Positions 1-8,793 of a stretch of DNA of 64,000 nt are shown here, in pieces. The notes under the pieces were generated by a model. It did not search any database and had not been told where the DNA came from. It saw only the letters and a program-made list of their open reading frames with translations. The position numbers and the translations under genes were made by a program. Source of the DNA: a virus (Duplodnaviria; Heunggongvirae; Uroviricota; Caudoviricetes); IMG/VR virus record IMGVR_UViG_3300048599_000194, positions 64,001 through 128,000 of that record; one strand, 5' to 3'. How positions within the stretch are numbered: the first letter of the stretch is position 1; the number at the start of each line of letters is the position of its first letter.

Positions 1-205
1 ACATTACGCTCCTATTATCTGGAAGTCCTTTTTTAATCGATCCACTGAGAATAGCATTTAGAGCATAAGATCCAGTGTCAATAAAATCAGTCCTAGCTCT
101 AATATCTCCGCGAGGATATATGTATTCATTTTTTGCGGCATTTATCATACTCTTAACAGAGAATGTTACCTTTTTGCCTTCGCCTGTAGTTTTTCCCTTT
201 GCCAT
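1..205 (-). CDS. uvsX: UvsX/RecA-like recombinase, N-terminal part (runs off the window edge)
   Basis: Manual translation from ATG at 205: MAKGKTTGEGKKVTFSVKSMINAAKNEYTYPRGDIRARTDFIDTGSYALNAILSGSIKKGLPDNRSVM. IDTGSYALNAILSGS..GLP is typical of the UvsX N-terminus. SD AAAGGAG at 211-217. Confidence 0.9.
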   Translation of the reverse strand, partial: MAKGKTTGEGKKVTFSVKSMINAAKNEYIYPRGDIRARTDFIDTGSYALNAILSGSIKKGLPDNRSVM

Positions 206-223
206 ATTAACTCCTTTACGGAT

Positions 224-232
224 ATTATAGCA
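224..232 (-). promoter_or_regulatory. Extended -10 promoter (TGcTATAAT) for uvsX
   Basis: Perfect TGnTATAAT between the terminator and the uvsX SD. Confidence 0.65.
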
Positions 233-260
233 AAAGAAAAAGCCTCCTTTCGGAGGCTTC
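232..260 (-). terminator. Rho-independent terminator after the gp43/Pth2 genes
   Basis: Minus strand AAGCCTCC-GAAA-GGAGGCTT followed by TTTCTTTT. Confidence 0.85.
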
Positions 261-279
261 ATATTTCATTCTAATTTAC

Positions 280-873
280 TTATCTCATTGTTCGATTGTC
301 AGTTCTCTTCGAAGATGATCCTGCATGTAAATCAAACTTCGAGAAAATATCAGGCCATACATACCTAGGTCCAAATGCAACTGCCAATGGACGCCCTGCC
401 GCATCGATCCAATCAGGTTCATTGAATGCATAATACGGGATACCAGACTCTCCCGCAATATTAATTGCAGTTTGAATATCTTCACTGGATCCAGTACATG
501 TGACATTTCGATACGAGTTCGACAGCCAATCATCTAGATAGCTTTGATCTCCATCTCCTTCATAATAATCAATCGATTCGTGTGCTTTGGCTCCCTGCGC
601 GATTGATCCGGCTGAATATGCCGCATGTACTGCGCCGTTAATTCCAAGACCAATAGGGGCACTATTATCTACAACGACATACATCTTAAGTATGTCATAC
701 TTGCTCTTAATTCCAACATTCCCAACCAATTCACAGTCTGTAGATTCAATCTCAAATACATTAACCCCATCACATACCTTAACAAATCCATTTTCCTCTG
801 CGGAAACAGCAATTAATATGTTAGGACATATTGGAGAAACTATCTTATCCAATGTTTTAATTTTCAATTTCAA
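280..873 (-). CDS. Peptidyl-tRNA hydrolase Pth2-like protein with N-terminal extension
   Basis: KMYVVVD...GLGINGAVHAA...WL...RNVTC...GIPYYAFNEPD...LAVAFGP follows the PTH2 pattern (KxVIVVR..G..AQ..HA..W...KVV...GP). Confidence 0.65.
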   Translation of the reverse strand: MKLKIKTLDKIVSPICPNILIAVSAEENGFVKVCDGVNVFEIESTDCELVGNVGIKSKYDILKMYVVVDNSAPIGLGINGAVHAAYSAGSIAQGAKAHESIDYYEGDGDQSYLDDWLSNSYRNVTCTGSSEDIQTAINIAGESGIPYYAFNEPDWIDAAGRPLAVAFGPRYVWPDIFSKFDLHAGSSSKRTDNRTMR

Positions 874-3701
874 ACCTTTCTCATATATTTCGCCATGAGG
901 TCCATGTTTCCTTCGAAGATATTACCCCATCCCATAACTTCGAAGATTTTCGTTAGTGGCTTCTTAAATACTTTTTCAAATTGAGTTTCGTAATCAATTA
1001 CGAAATATTTGTTTAAGAATTCAGGCCATGATTCCGTGTTAAATGTTATCACTTCACTCTCAAATGGATTAGGTGATTTCACATATATCCATTTAGCTTT
1101 GGTTCCTTCAGTTATTGGTTCATATCCAGATAATTCATCGCTACTATCGATAACCGCATTAAAAGCATTTGCTCCTTTTCGAGGAGCAGGCATCACTCCG
1201 TTCTTAGCCGCATCAAGTGTATTCACTGAAACAGGCTTCGAAATTTGCACAATATTACTAGGATCTTTGAAATCCTTTCTATATTCTCCTATTTTTTTGA
1301 TAATCTCGTTTTTCGGAACGTCGGTGAATACCATCTCTAATAATTTCTTAATATGAGTTTTACTCCAAGCTGGAGTATCTGACTTAACAAGTTCAACACC
1401 TACGGGCTTAAACCTCTTCTCAAATGAAGAATTTATTAGGTCGTCGCCCTCATCGTACTGAAGATAACAGATGTAGTGCGCTCTTGTCAACTCAATAAGA
1501 TGGTTGCAACATTTTTCTAGCTTTAACCACAGTCTATTCTCTCTATAGTTATTCTCAGTCGCCCATCTATTAAGAATCTTAGTACGAATCTCACCAAATA
1601 CACAATGTTCAAATCTAAGCGAGAATTCAGTCAAGCTCATCTCAGGCCATGACCCATCTTCCCATCGACTCTGTAAAATAGATGATACTGACTTGTCGCA
1701 GTCTGGCGAATTTGGGTCAGAGTATCTATCTAGAAGAGCCTTAAACTCTTCTTCGGTTCTCTTTCTCCCTATAAATGGAGAGTAAATATCAGAAAAATCT
1801 AAAAAGAAAGAGTCAGTGTGAGCTAGAACTAATCTCTTGTATTTACCAAGAGTTTCCCTATCTTCTTGTTCAGCTATATATTCGTCTGCAAGCAAGCCCT
1901 TGATTTGGACATTTGCGTATTCGCCGAATTCAGCCCTAAACAATTCACTCTTAGGTAGTCCAATGTCAAACCATTTTATGATGTAGTCAATACAATACTG
2001 AATTAAATATCTACCAATACCAGTAACTGACGCCGCATTATCAACATCATAAAATTGGAAGTGTCTATTTCCAAGCAATCCATATATCGAGTTAGCATAA
2101 ATCTTATATGCCTCTTGCTTTCTCTTATAGAAAGAAGCTAATTCAGGATCGTAATTGTCTTTATCTGAAGGGTTTGAATGAACTTTTTGTAGTTTCTTAT
2201 ATCGATCTCGGTCATCAACGACCATAGATACAATTTCTGGAATAATTCCCTGATTTTCGTTATTATACCAAACGTCCTTAATGACTGATCTAGAATAACT
2301 GCCATCTGGTGGGACGGGGCCTTTGAATTTAGTTTCAGGTGAGATATTTGCAGATGCTAATATTGAAGGATACATCGCCTTGAAGTCATAAGACACGACC
2401 CATCTATAAGGACCAGGGTTAGCTACAATATACGCACCTTCATATGGAACGTGTTGTTGCTCACCGGGATTCGGAATTACAAGACCCTTTGAGTGCATGT
2501 AGTTCATCATGAACCCTAGAATAACTCTCTTAGAAATAAAGAAATATTCCAACGGGATTCTTGCATCCGCGCAAACTGAAACTACTGATTCTAAGAAATG
2601 CTTCTTATATTCCATTTGAACTAAGAGTTCTACGTCGATCACGTTATAGTGAGTAAATCTACACCATCCGTTTTGACCTTTTGCATATAATTTCAGGCCA
2701 TCAGGTCCGAGGTCTACCTTAGTTGTACCAATTTCAACATTAGCAATGGTACCTAACTTGTAATTCTCTTGTTGCTTTAGATTTGCCTTCTTGTATGTTG
2801 GGAGCATATCGAGAACTGACAGTCCAGCAACAACTGGAATCAATTCAATTTTATTATAGTCGTTTCGCTTTTCAACCAGATACACTCTGCGCACTGGAGA
2901 TAATTTCCTATGACATTGTAATCCTAGGTTTTCGCATCTCTTCACTAGATAGGGTACGTCGAAGGTTAAGCAATTCCAGCCACTCAAAATATCAAATCGC
3001 TGTGATGCGAAATATTCAAAAAATCTTTCTAATAACTCTGATTCATCTGCACACGTAATATATTCGTGGTTATTAGTATACCCCAATTCACCAGCCGCCT
3101 CCGAAGTAAAAGTAATCTTCTTTGGCTTATTCACATAATACTTAACTTCTTTTACGAAAACTCCGTTTTCGTTCAATACTTTATGTTCCTCATGTCCATC
3201 TGGAAAAGTCCCAGTACGTATATCTTCCTCGGTTAGATATGCGTGCTCGACAAACTCTTTTTCAAGTCCAAAAGTTATGAATTTATTATCCTTGCTTCCA
3301 TATGCGGTAATCAAATTCACACGTCTGGCGGCAAGTGCAGGTTCAGGGAACCCCTTATCAACCTCAACCTCGATATCGAAATAACAGACGTTAAAATCTT
3401 TGAAATCAAATTTCAAGTTGTCTACATCCTTGTAGAAATCAGCAATAAATCTGATCTCTGGCTGTATATCAGCCTCACAATTTCGGATGTTAGCGTTCAT
3501 TTTATTACGCTCATCCATACAAGTATCATAAACGGGCCGAACAGGGATGCCTTCAACCGTTTTCATGCCAGTTGCTGAAGCCCCAGGAGTTAACTCATAT
3601 GATTTGCATTTGAAGTTGTAAATATTATATGCACCATCAGTTGTCCATAAGTGCATCTGGTTTTTTGTACGATCTAACCAGAGATTCTTAAACATCGTCA
3701 T
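870..3701 (-). CDS. gp43: Family B DNA polymerase (T4 gp43-like)
   Basis: ExoI FDIEV, ExoII GWNCLTFDVPY, ExoIII YNVIDV, motif A YDFKAMYPS, motif B KIYANSIYG, variant motif C AHTDS, thumb GVELVKSDTP. Confidence 0.97.
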   Translation of the reverse strand: MTMFKNLWLDRTKNQMHLWTTDGAYNIYNFKCKSYELTPGASATGMKTVEGIPVRPVYDTCMDERNKMNANIRNCEADIQPEIRFIADFYKDVDNLKFDFKDFNVCYFDIEVEVDKGFPEPALAARRVNLITAYGSKDNKFITFGLEKEFVEHAYLTEEDIRTGTFPDGHEEHKVLNENGVFVKEVKYYVNKPKKITFTSEAAGELGYTNNHEYITCADESELLERFFEYFASQRFDILSGWNCLTFDVPYLVKRCENLGLQCHRKLSPVRRVYLVEKRNDYNKIELIPVVAGLSVLDMLPTYKKANLKQQENYKLGTIANVEIGTTKVDLGPDGLKLYAKGQNGWCRFTHYNVIDVELLVQMEYKKHFLESVVSVCADARIPLEYFFISKRVILGFMMNYMHSKGLVIPNPGEQQHVPYEGAYIVANPGPYRWVVSYDFKAMYPSILASANISPETKFKGPVPPDGSYSRSVIKDVWYNNENQGIIPEIVSMVVDDRDRYKKLQKVHSNPSDKDNYDPELASFYKRKQEAYKIYANSIYGLLGNRHFQFYDVDNAASVTGIGRYLIQYCIDYIIKWFDIGLPKSELFRAEFGEYANVQIKGLLADEYIAEQEDRETLGKYKRLVLAHTDSFFLDFSDIYSPFIGRKRTEEEFKALLDRYSDPNSPDCDKSVSSILQSRWEDGSWPEMSLTEFSLRFEHCVFGEIRTKILNRWATENNYRENRLWLKLEKCCNHLIELTRAHYICYLQYDEGDDLINSSFEKRFKPVGVELVKSDTPAWSKTHIKKLLEMVFTDVPKNEIIKKIGEYRKDFKDPSNIVQISKPVSVNTLDAAKNGVMPAPRKGANAFNAVIDSSDELSGYEPITEGTKAKWIYVKSPNPFESEVITFNTESWPEFLNKYFVIDYETQFEKVFKKPLTKIFEVMGWGNIFEGNMDLMAKYMRKV

Positions 3702-3704
3702 GCG

Positions 3705-3752
3705 TCCGCTACCTTTGTTGAGGGGTGTTCTCTCACACCCTATGGTAGCAGA
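3705..3752 (-). promoter_or_regulatory. Structured 5' leader, candidate translational operator of gp43
   Basis: Minus strand TCTGCTACC pairs with GGTAGCGGA (9 bp) and encloses the hairpin GGGTGT-GAGAGA-ACACCC; it ends 3 nt before the ATG. Confidence 0.6.
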
Positions 3753-3761
3753 TACTGCCGA

Positions 3762-4121
3762 TCAACGGAAAATTTCCGGCTTCACCTTAAACTCATATCC
3801 TACATTTGACTTATTTCGAGGATCTCGTTCAACAATTACGTCGAAATACTTCAAAAACTTTTTATCGTTCTCTTCAACAGCTAATTCAATTAATCTTTTT
3901 AGATAATCAATGTCATATAACCCAGGAATTCGACCATTGAGATGGGTCTTAAATCGGTCAAATACTCTACTCTTTGACAAATATTCATGCGCATCGCCAA
4001 TCATCCCAGCTAGATCGCTAAGAATACGCTTCTCTAGAGCCGCCAACTCGTTAGATACTGTTTCCTTGGCGGCTCTATCAAATCTCTCCTGGTCTATTTT
4101 CTTCTTAACGGAAGAAGCCAT
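3762..4121 (-). CDS. Hypothetical protein
   Basis: 119-aa ORF co-oriented with, and overlapping the end of, the glycosyltransferase gene. Confidence 0.75.
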   Translation of the reverse strand: MASSVKKKIDQERFDRAAKETVSNELAALEKRILSDLAGMIGDAHEYLSKSRVFDRFKTHLNGRIPGLYDIDYLKRLIELAVEENDKKFLKYFDVIVERDPRNKSNVGYEFKVKPEIFR

Positions 4122-5556
4122 CTGAATCCAATCTATTCTTAAATTGATTGTACTGTTCGTGTTCGGTAGTTAACTGAACTCCTTTGATTCCATCACCAAA
4201 AACTTTTACGATATTCAGTAGATTATTCACATCGTCAAGCCATCGAGTAGATAGATTCTCGTATTGAATCTTAAGCTCTTCGTTGAATACGTCTTTATTC
4301 TTGAGGCGATTAATTGTAGCTTCAATATCCTCAACATTCTCAAAACCGTTGCGCAATCCCTGATATGGGCTAGTTCCATCCTCAAAAGTCTGTCCGATGA
4401 ATACTGCACCTACTGCAGATGCTTCTAAGTATCGAAGATCGCTCTTTGCCATATTAAAGCTACATTTACGCAAAGGTCCGATTACAAAATCTGGGCGCAG
4501 TTGACGTAGCGCATATGGATACTCAGTTGAAGCATAATGAGGCATGATCTTAATGCGACCTTCCTTTGCTGGCTTCTGTAAATAATCTGGCAGAGTTAAC
4601 GATCCATCTTCTCTACGACCAACCCCCATGAAAACAAAATTAGCAGAATCTAGATTACGTAGAATAAAATCCTTAATAGGTCCATCAAAGTCACCATTTG
4701 ACTTCGCGTAATGGTAGTTGCTTCCATTGTATAGAATCGTTGGACGATCAATATCCTTTAAGCGATACCTCTTACTAACATCAGTTCCATAATAAGACTT
4801 TGGTAGCAAATTAGGAATTACGGTAACTGGAGTCTCTACACCTAAATCAACGAGTAGTGATCTGAGGTTTTCAGTAGATACTACAATTTCATCAACCTTG
4901 CGTAGATTATCAAGTAAGGTGCGAGCATTATCTACAGTAAACTTCCCATACAAAGGATGCCATTCTGGATATTCAAAGACGTAATCGTCAAGCTCAGCTA
5001 TCAACTTATATTGATACTTCTCTTGATATTTCTTGTAAACGTATAACTCATATGAGCGATTATCTTCAAATGGATTCTTGAACCAAAAAGCTCTAACGAA
5101 AGGAAGAATATCCTCTTGAGTTACGATTTGATTCTGCACAATACACTGTATTTTTCCAGTATGTGCAAAATGTGCGTTTATTGAATTGAATGGGAATATC
5201 AATCTAAATTGAGCGGCTCCACTATAATCCGAAGTATAGCCATACACATATGGCTTTTCGACTAACGCAACAGGTCCAATTGCTTCTGCAGTTGGAATGG
5301 AAACAGTTGCCTGTAGAGTATCCTCGGGCGAGGCTGGATTTACCATCACTGCCTTAGATAGATAATTCTCTGCCGTATTACCAATACCACTCAATAGTGA
5401 ATTGCTCTGGGTAGCCAATACCTGGGCACTAACCTTTTCGATCATTTCTGGAGTTAGTGATTTTTCAAGATCCTGTATTTCCTTTCGGAGCTTGGCGATT
5501 TTGCTATTTGAGCCTGTATTACGAGCAGTACCTGAAAAACGAGATTTCTTAGACAT
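4105..5556 (-). CDS. GT-B fold glycosyltransferase
   Basis: DYSGAAQFRLIFP, ELDDY, DEIVVSTENL, VTVIPNLLP, DFVIGPL..FN.AKSDLRYLEASAVG are typical of phage GT4-like glycosyltransferases. Confidence 0.85.
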   Translation of the reverse strand: MSKKSRFSGTARNTGSNSKIAKLRKEIQDLEKSLTPEMIEKVSAQVLATQSNSLLSGIGNTAENYLSKAVMVNPASPEDTLQATVSIPTAEAIGPVALVEKPYVYGYTSDYSGAAQFRLIFPFNSINAHFAHTGKIQCIVQNQIVTQEDILPFVRAFWFKNPFEDNRSYELYVYKKYQEKYQYKLIAELDDYVFEYPEWHPLYGKFTVDNARTLLDNLRKVDEIVVSTENLRSLLVDLGVETPVTVIPNLLPKSYYGTDVSKRYRLKDIDRPTILYNGSNYHYAKSNGDFDGPIKDFILRNLDSANFVFMGVGRREDGSLTLPDYLQKPAKEGRIKIMPHYASTEYPYALRQLRPDFVIGPLRKCSFNMAKSDLRYLEASAVGAVFIGQTFEDGTSPYQGLRNGFENVEDIEATINRLKNKDVFNEELKIQYENLSTRWLDDVNNLLNIVKVFGDGIKGVQLTTEHEQYNQFKNRLDSDGFFR

Positions 5557-5571
5557 ATTGATATTCTAGCA

Positions 5572-6669
5572 TTAGCCGCTAATACTGGCGCGAATTTCTT
5601 CAATCACCTCAATGACCATCTCAGGATCATCATATGGATTGGCTTCTAAAAATACTCTCGTCATAGAAATCATGTTTTCACTATGTATAGCTACACTCAT
5701 ATCTTCAAAAATTTTCACTTCCTCAGGGGACTTATCTGAATTTACATCATCGATACTGTCAACCACCTTCTGATATGCGCGATATGAAATTGGCTTTTTA
5801 GATAACACTTCTTTTTCAATGACAAATAATTCATCTTCTTTAATTCCTTCCTTGTATTCAAATTCAACAAAATAATTCTCTAGTGATTCCATATTTGATA
5901 ATTCATCTCTGTTATTGAACTTAAAAAATCTACTAGACGACTTATTTTCTACGAATATTCTTTCATTAGTGTGAAGATCTATGATATGAAATCCCTTGGC
6001 CTCACTGGCGTCAGCGAATGTCAACTGAAATGGGGTTCCTACATAGTGTATGGTATGTCCATTTATTTCTTTATAGCTCTGTGTATGAAAATGTCCTGAT
6101 ATGGTATGTTTGAAATTCTTGTATAGTATTTCTGGGTTCATTCCTTCAGTGCAAATTGAACCAGCTTCAAATGGAAAACCAACTGTTTCGAAATGTCCGA
6201 AAACATATTGAAACCTGCCCTTTACTTTATCTGCATTATCTTCAAAGGTTTGCATCATTGCAGTAGTAAGCCAAGGTACGAGTAGGCATTTAACTCCAAA
6301 CAATTCAATCGGGCGAATAGAAGTAACTGCAGTGACATTTGGTTTCGACCATATGTTAGATAATGAAGTTACACTTAGATCATCTTTGTAATAAGTGTCA
6401 TGGTTCCCCTGGAGCACAATACATTTGAAATCTTTAAGGTCGTTCTGAAATAAACCCTCAACGTACTGTGCTATTTTCGAATCGATTCTACGGCGCTGGT
6501 CATATAGATCTCCGGTAAATAAAATAGTGTCTATCTCGCGAGAAATTAATTCTGGAATCAAACACTCAGTAAAAAATTTTCTCTGAGATTCGAAAAGTGT
6601 TTCGAATTTTAGAGAATTATTTGGAGAAACACCAAGATGGAAATCGCCTACTACTGCTATCTTGCTCAT
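5572..6669 (-). CDS. gp47: Recombination endonuclease, Mre11/SbcD-like subunit
   Basis: GDFHLG, GDLYD, GNHDTYYK, FGHFE, SGHFH, YVGTPFQLTFAD. Confidence 0.95.
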   Translation of the reverse strand: MSKIAVVGDFHLGVSPNNSLKFETLFESQRKFFTECLIPELISREIDTILFTGDLYDQRRRIDSKIAQYVEGLFQNDLKDFKCIVLQGNHDTYYKDDLSVTSLSNIWSKPNVTAVTSIRPIELFGVKCLLVPWLTTAMMQTFEDNADKVKGRFQYVFGHFETVGFPFEAGSICTEGMNPEILYKNFKHTISGHFHTQSYKEINGHTIHYVGTPFQLTFADASEAKGFHIIDLHTNERIFVENKSSSRFFKFNNRDELSNMESLENYFVEFEYKEGIKEDELFVIEKEVLSKKPISYRAYQKVVDSIDDVNSDKSPEEVKIFEDMSVAIHSENMISMTRVFLEANPYDDPEMVIEVIEEIRASISG

Positions 6670-6687
6670 GTAAGTATGATAACTTTT

Positions 6688-7341
6688 TTAGTAAACGTAT
6701 CGCTTCAACTTTTCACACCATCGCAACAAGAAATCAATATTGCCATGCCGAATTAAGTCTTCTTTGACATTCGAGATGATGCTATCAACCACAAAAGAAT
6801 GATCCATATAATAATATGCAATCCCACCTGCCTCTTCCCATAGAGAACAATTAACAGAATCATCATCTATTAGTATGTTGGGGCATGTTCCGTTTTTAGC
6901 ATATTCAAATCTATTTTTGTTTATTAGTATACGATCAAGATCACAATTCTTGAATCCTAAATGGGTTCTCTTCCTACACCATTTTAACTTACCCATTTCC
7001 ATAGTTAAATCATCATCTAATACTCCAGCAAATATATAAGGTTTATATTGCCGTAAACTCTTCCACAAATAATCAGCGTTTTTAGTTTTTGGTACTTTAG
7101 CCCAATAATCTAATTTCTGATTTCGCATTCTAGCGTGCATATATTTTCTAATTAATGCTTTGCTCCGATATACTTCAGGTGAAATATCAGAGATTGTTAT
7201 TCCTTTTTTCCTCATATCGTAAAAATTCAAATGAGAAAAATATCTATAAAAGTCACTTAATGTTCCATCTAAATCGATGAATATTCTAGGTGCCGATGTA
7301 AGATCGGAATATATGAAATCTTTTTCGGGTACAAGTAACAT
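6688..7341 (-). CDS. HAD-family 5'(3')-deoxyribonucleotidase-like protein
   Basis: IFIDLDGTLSDF (DxD motif I), GKLKW, ILIDDD...WEEAGG (motif IV). Confidence 0.8.
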   Translation of the reverse strand: MLLVPEKDFIYSDLTSAPRIFIDLDGTLSDFYRYFSHLNFYDMRKKGITISDISPEVYRSKALIRKYMHARMRNQKLDYWAKVPKTKNADYLWKSLRQYKPYIFAGVLDDDLTMEMGKLKWCRKRTHLGFKNCDLDRILINKNRFEYAKNGTCPNILIDDDSVNCSLWEEAGGIAYYYMDHSFVVDSIISNVKEDLIRHGNIDFLLRWCEKLKRYVY

Positions 7342-8271
7342 TTAGAATAGATTACCACCCCAGTCAAGTCGATCTACATTCAATTGAGTATATCTATCTT
7401 CTCCGTCGTGGTTATCGTCGTCAAAAGAATCTTGATTATATTTCATTTTTTCTTCAAAGCTCTGACTATTATCTGAAATTGCTTTTTCTTCTTTAATCAC
7501 AGCAATGAATGCGTTATATGCATATTTTGTTAGATAATTAAATGGATTCCTCTTAACCTGATCTTCAAAATCCTTTAATAATGTATCTGGCCATTGATTG
7601 AATATTTCGTCTCTAAATGTGGCTTCATTGAATACTGGCTCAGTAAAAGTCATACCCTTAGCATTATCCGCCATTAACTCAATAAGAACTTCTGGATCGT
7701 TTAGCTTATAGAAATCGTGTTCAAAAATCTTTCTACCCATTTTAGTTTTTTCTTTTCCATTTGGAGTCTTAATTCTAACCTCCAACAGACTTAAATAAAA
7801 CTTATCATATGAAATACCACGCTTTGACATCCAGTCTTGAAGAACATATGTCTTTTTTCTAAACAACCAACGAATAAGAAATTCAAGAGTTTTTACGTAG
7901 TTAATGTTATATCCGTGCGCATATCTACAGATATGTTCATGCGCTCTTGATTTCATATCCTCATGCCATCCATTATAGTATGAACGGAACTGAGCACCTT
8001 TACTATACTCTTCAACAATTTGAATTATATTAAGTCCTAACTTTCGTCCAATACCATGTTCAGGATTTATGCTATGCATTATGACATATTCGCGTAAATT
8101 CTCTTCGAGTACTTCTGGATCGATATAATATTTTGGGGTAGAATCTTTCTTTGCTTTTTTCGGCTTATTTCGGGCCTCTATCTTTTTCTGTAAATTTTCT
8201 TCGAACTCTAAATGTTCAGTTAGATCAGACGACCACTCGTTAATATCTTGTTCTTCTATAGACATATTCAT
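7342..8271 (-). CDS. gp55: Late-transcription sigma factor (gp55-like) with large insertion
   Basis: YYIDPEVL, IG..LGL.I..I, FRSY...W.EDM...A.EHI.RY, NPFNYLTKYAYNAFIAVIKEEK match gp55 conserved blocks. Confidence 0.8.
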   Translation of the reverse strand: MNMSIEEQDINEWSSDLTEHLEFEENLQKKIEARNKPKKAKKDSTPKYYIDPEVLEENLREYVIMHSINPEHGIGRKLGLNIIQIVEEYSKGAQFRSYYNGWHEDMKSRAHEHICRYAHGYNINYVKTLEFLIRWLFRKKTYVLQDWMSKRGISYDKFYLSLLEVRIKTPNGKEKTKMGRKIFEHDFYKLNDPEVLIELMADNAKGMTFTEPVFNEATFRDEIFNQWPDTLLKDFEDQVKRNPFNYLTKYAYNAFIAVIKEEKAISDNSQSFEEKMKYNQDSFDDDNHDGEDRYTQLNVDRLDWGGNLF

Positions 8272-8283
8272 TACCTCTAATAT

Positions 8284-8793
8284 CTATTCTAACAAAATAC
8301 TACTTGGTGTCAATCCATTTAGATTTTTCATATGAAGAGGATTTAAGATTTTCGGGTTTTTTGCTTTTAATATAGAGTACAACTCAACTAAATGATCTAG
8401 ACAGTCAAATGAATAGCTTGCATAATGAAGAAAAGTATCTCCGAGGATATCCTTAAACACATATCCCTCATTCCCTAGTAATACTTCTTCGCAATAGGAA
8501 GGGAAATTAGAATAGAACAAATCAACAATACCGTCTTTAGAAAATAATTCAAAATATCCAGCATAATAAGCCATTAGTAAATTACCAAGTGCATGATCAT
8601 TTTGCATATTCCATTTATGCATTCTATTCTCAGAAACCCTAATCATCGAATCATAAAAGGTGGATGTTTCCTTAACCCTGAGATGATAATCATGGTAGAT
8701 AGAATTAGGGTCTATGAACATGGTTAATGGATTCTCACTGAAATATAGATGATTAAATAACTCTACATTATCAATCATCTTCATCCTCATCAT
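8284..8793 (-). CDS. Hypothetical protein with C-terminal ankyrin-like repeat
   Basis: KDILGDTFLHYA ... KNLNGLTP resemble the ankyrin G-TPLH-A consensus. Confidence 0.55.
   Translation of the reverse strand: MMRMKMIDNVELFNHLYFSENPLTMFIDPNSIYHDYHLRVKETSTFYDSMIRVSENRMHKWNMQNDHALGNLLMAYYAGYFELFSKDGIVDLFYSNFPSYCEEVLLGNEGYVFKDILGDTFLHYASYSFDCLDHLVELYSILKAKNPKILNPLHMKNLNGLTPSSILLE

Noticed and set aside
870-3701. Intein or intron in gp43
   Set aside because: Insertions in the exonuclease and palm regions are short (~50-60 aa), lack C...HN termini and LAGLIDADG motifs, and the frame is continuous
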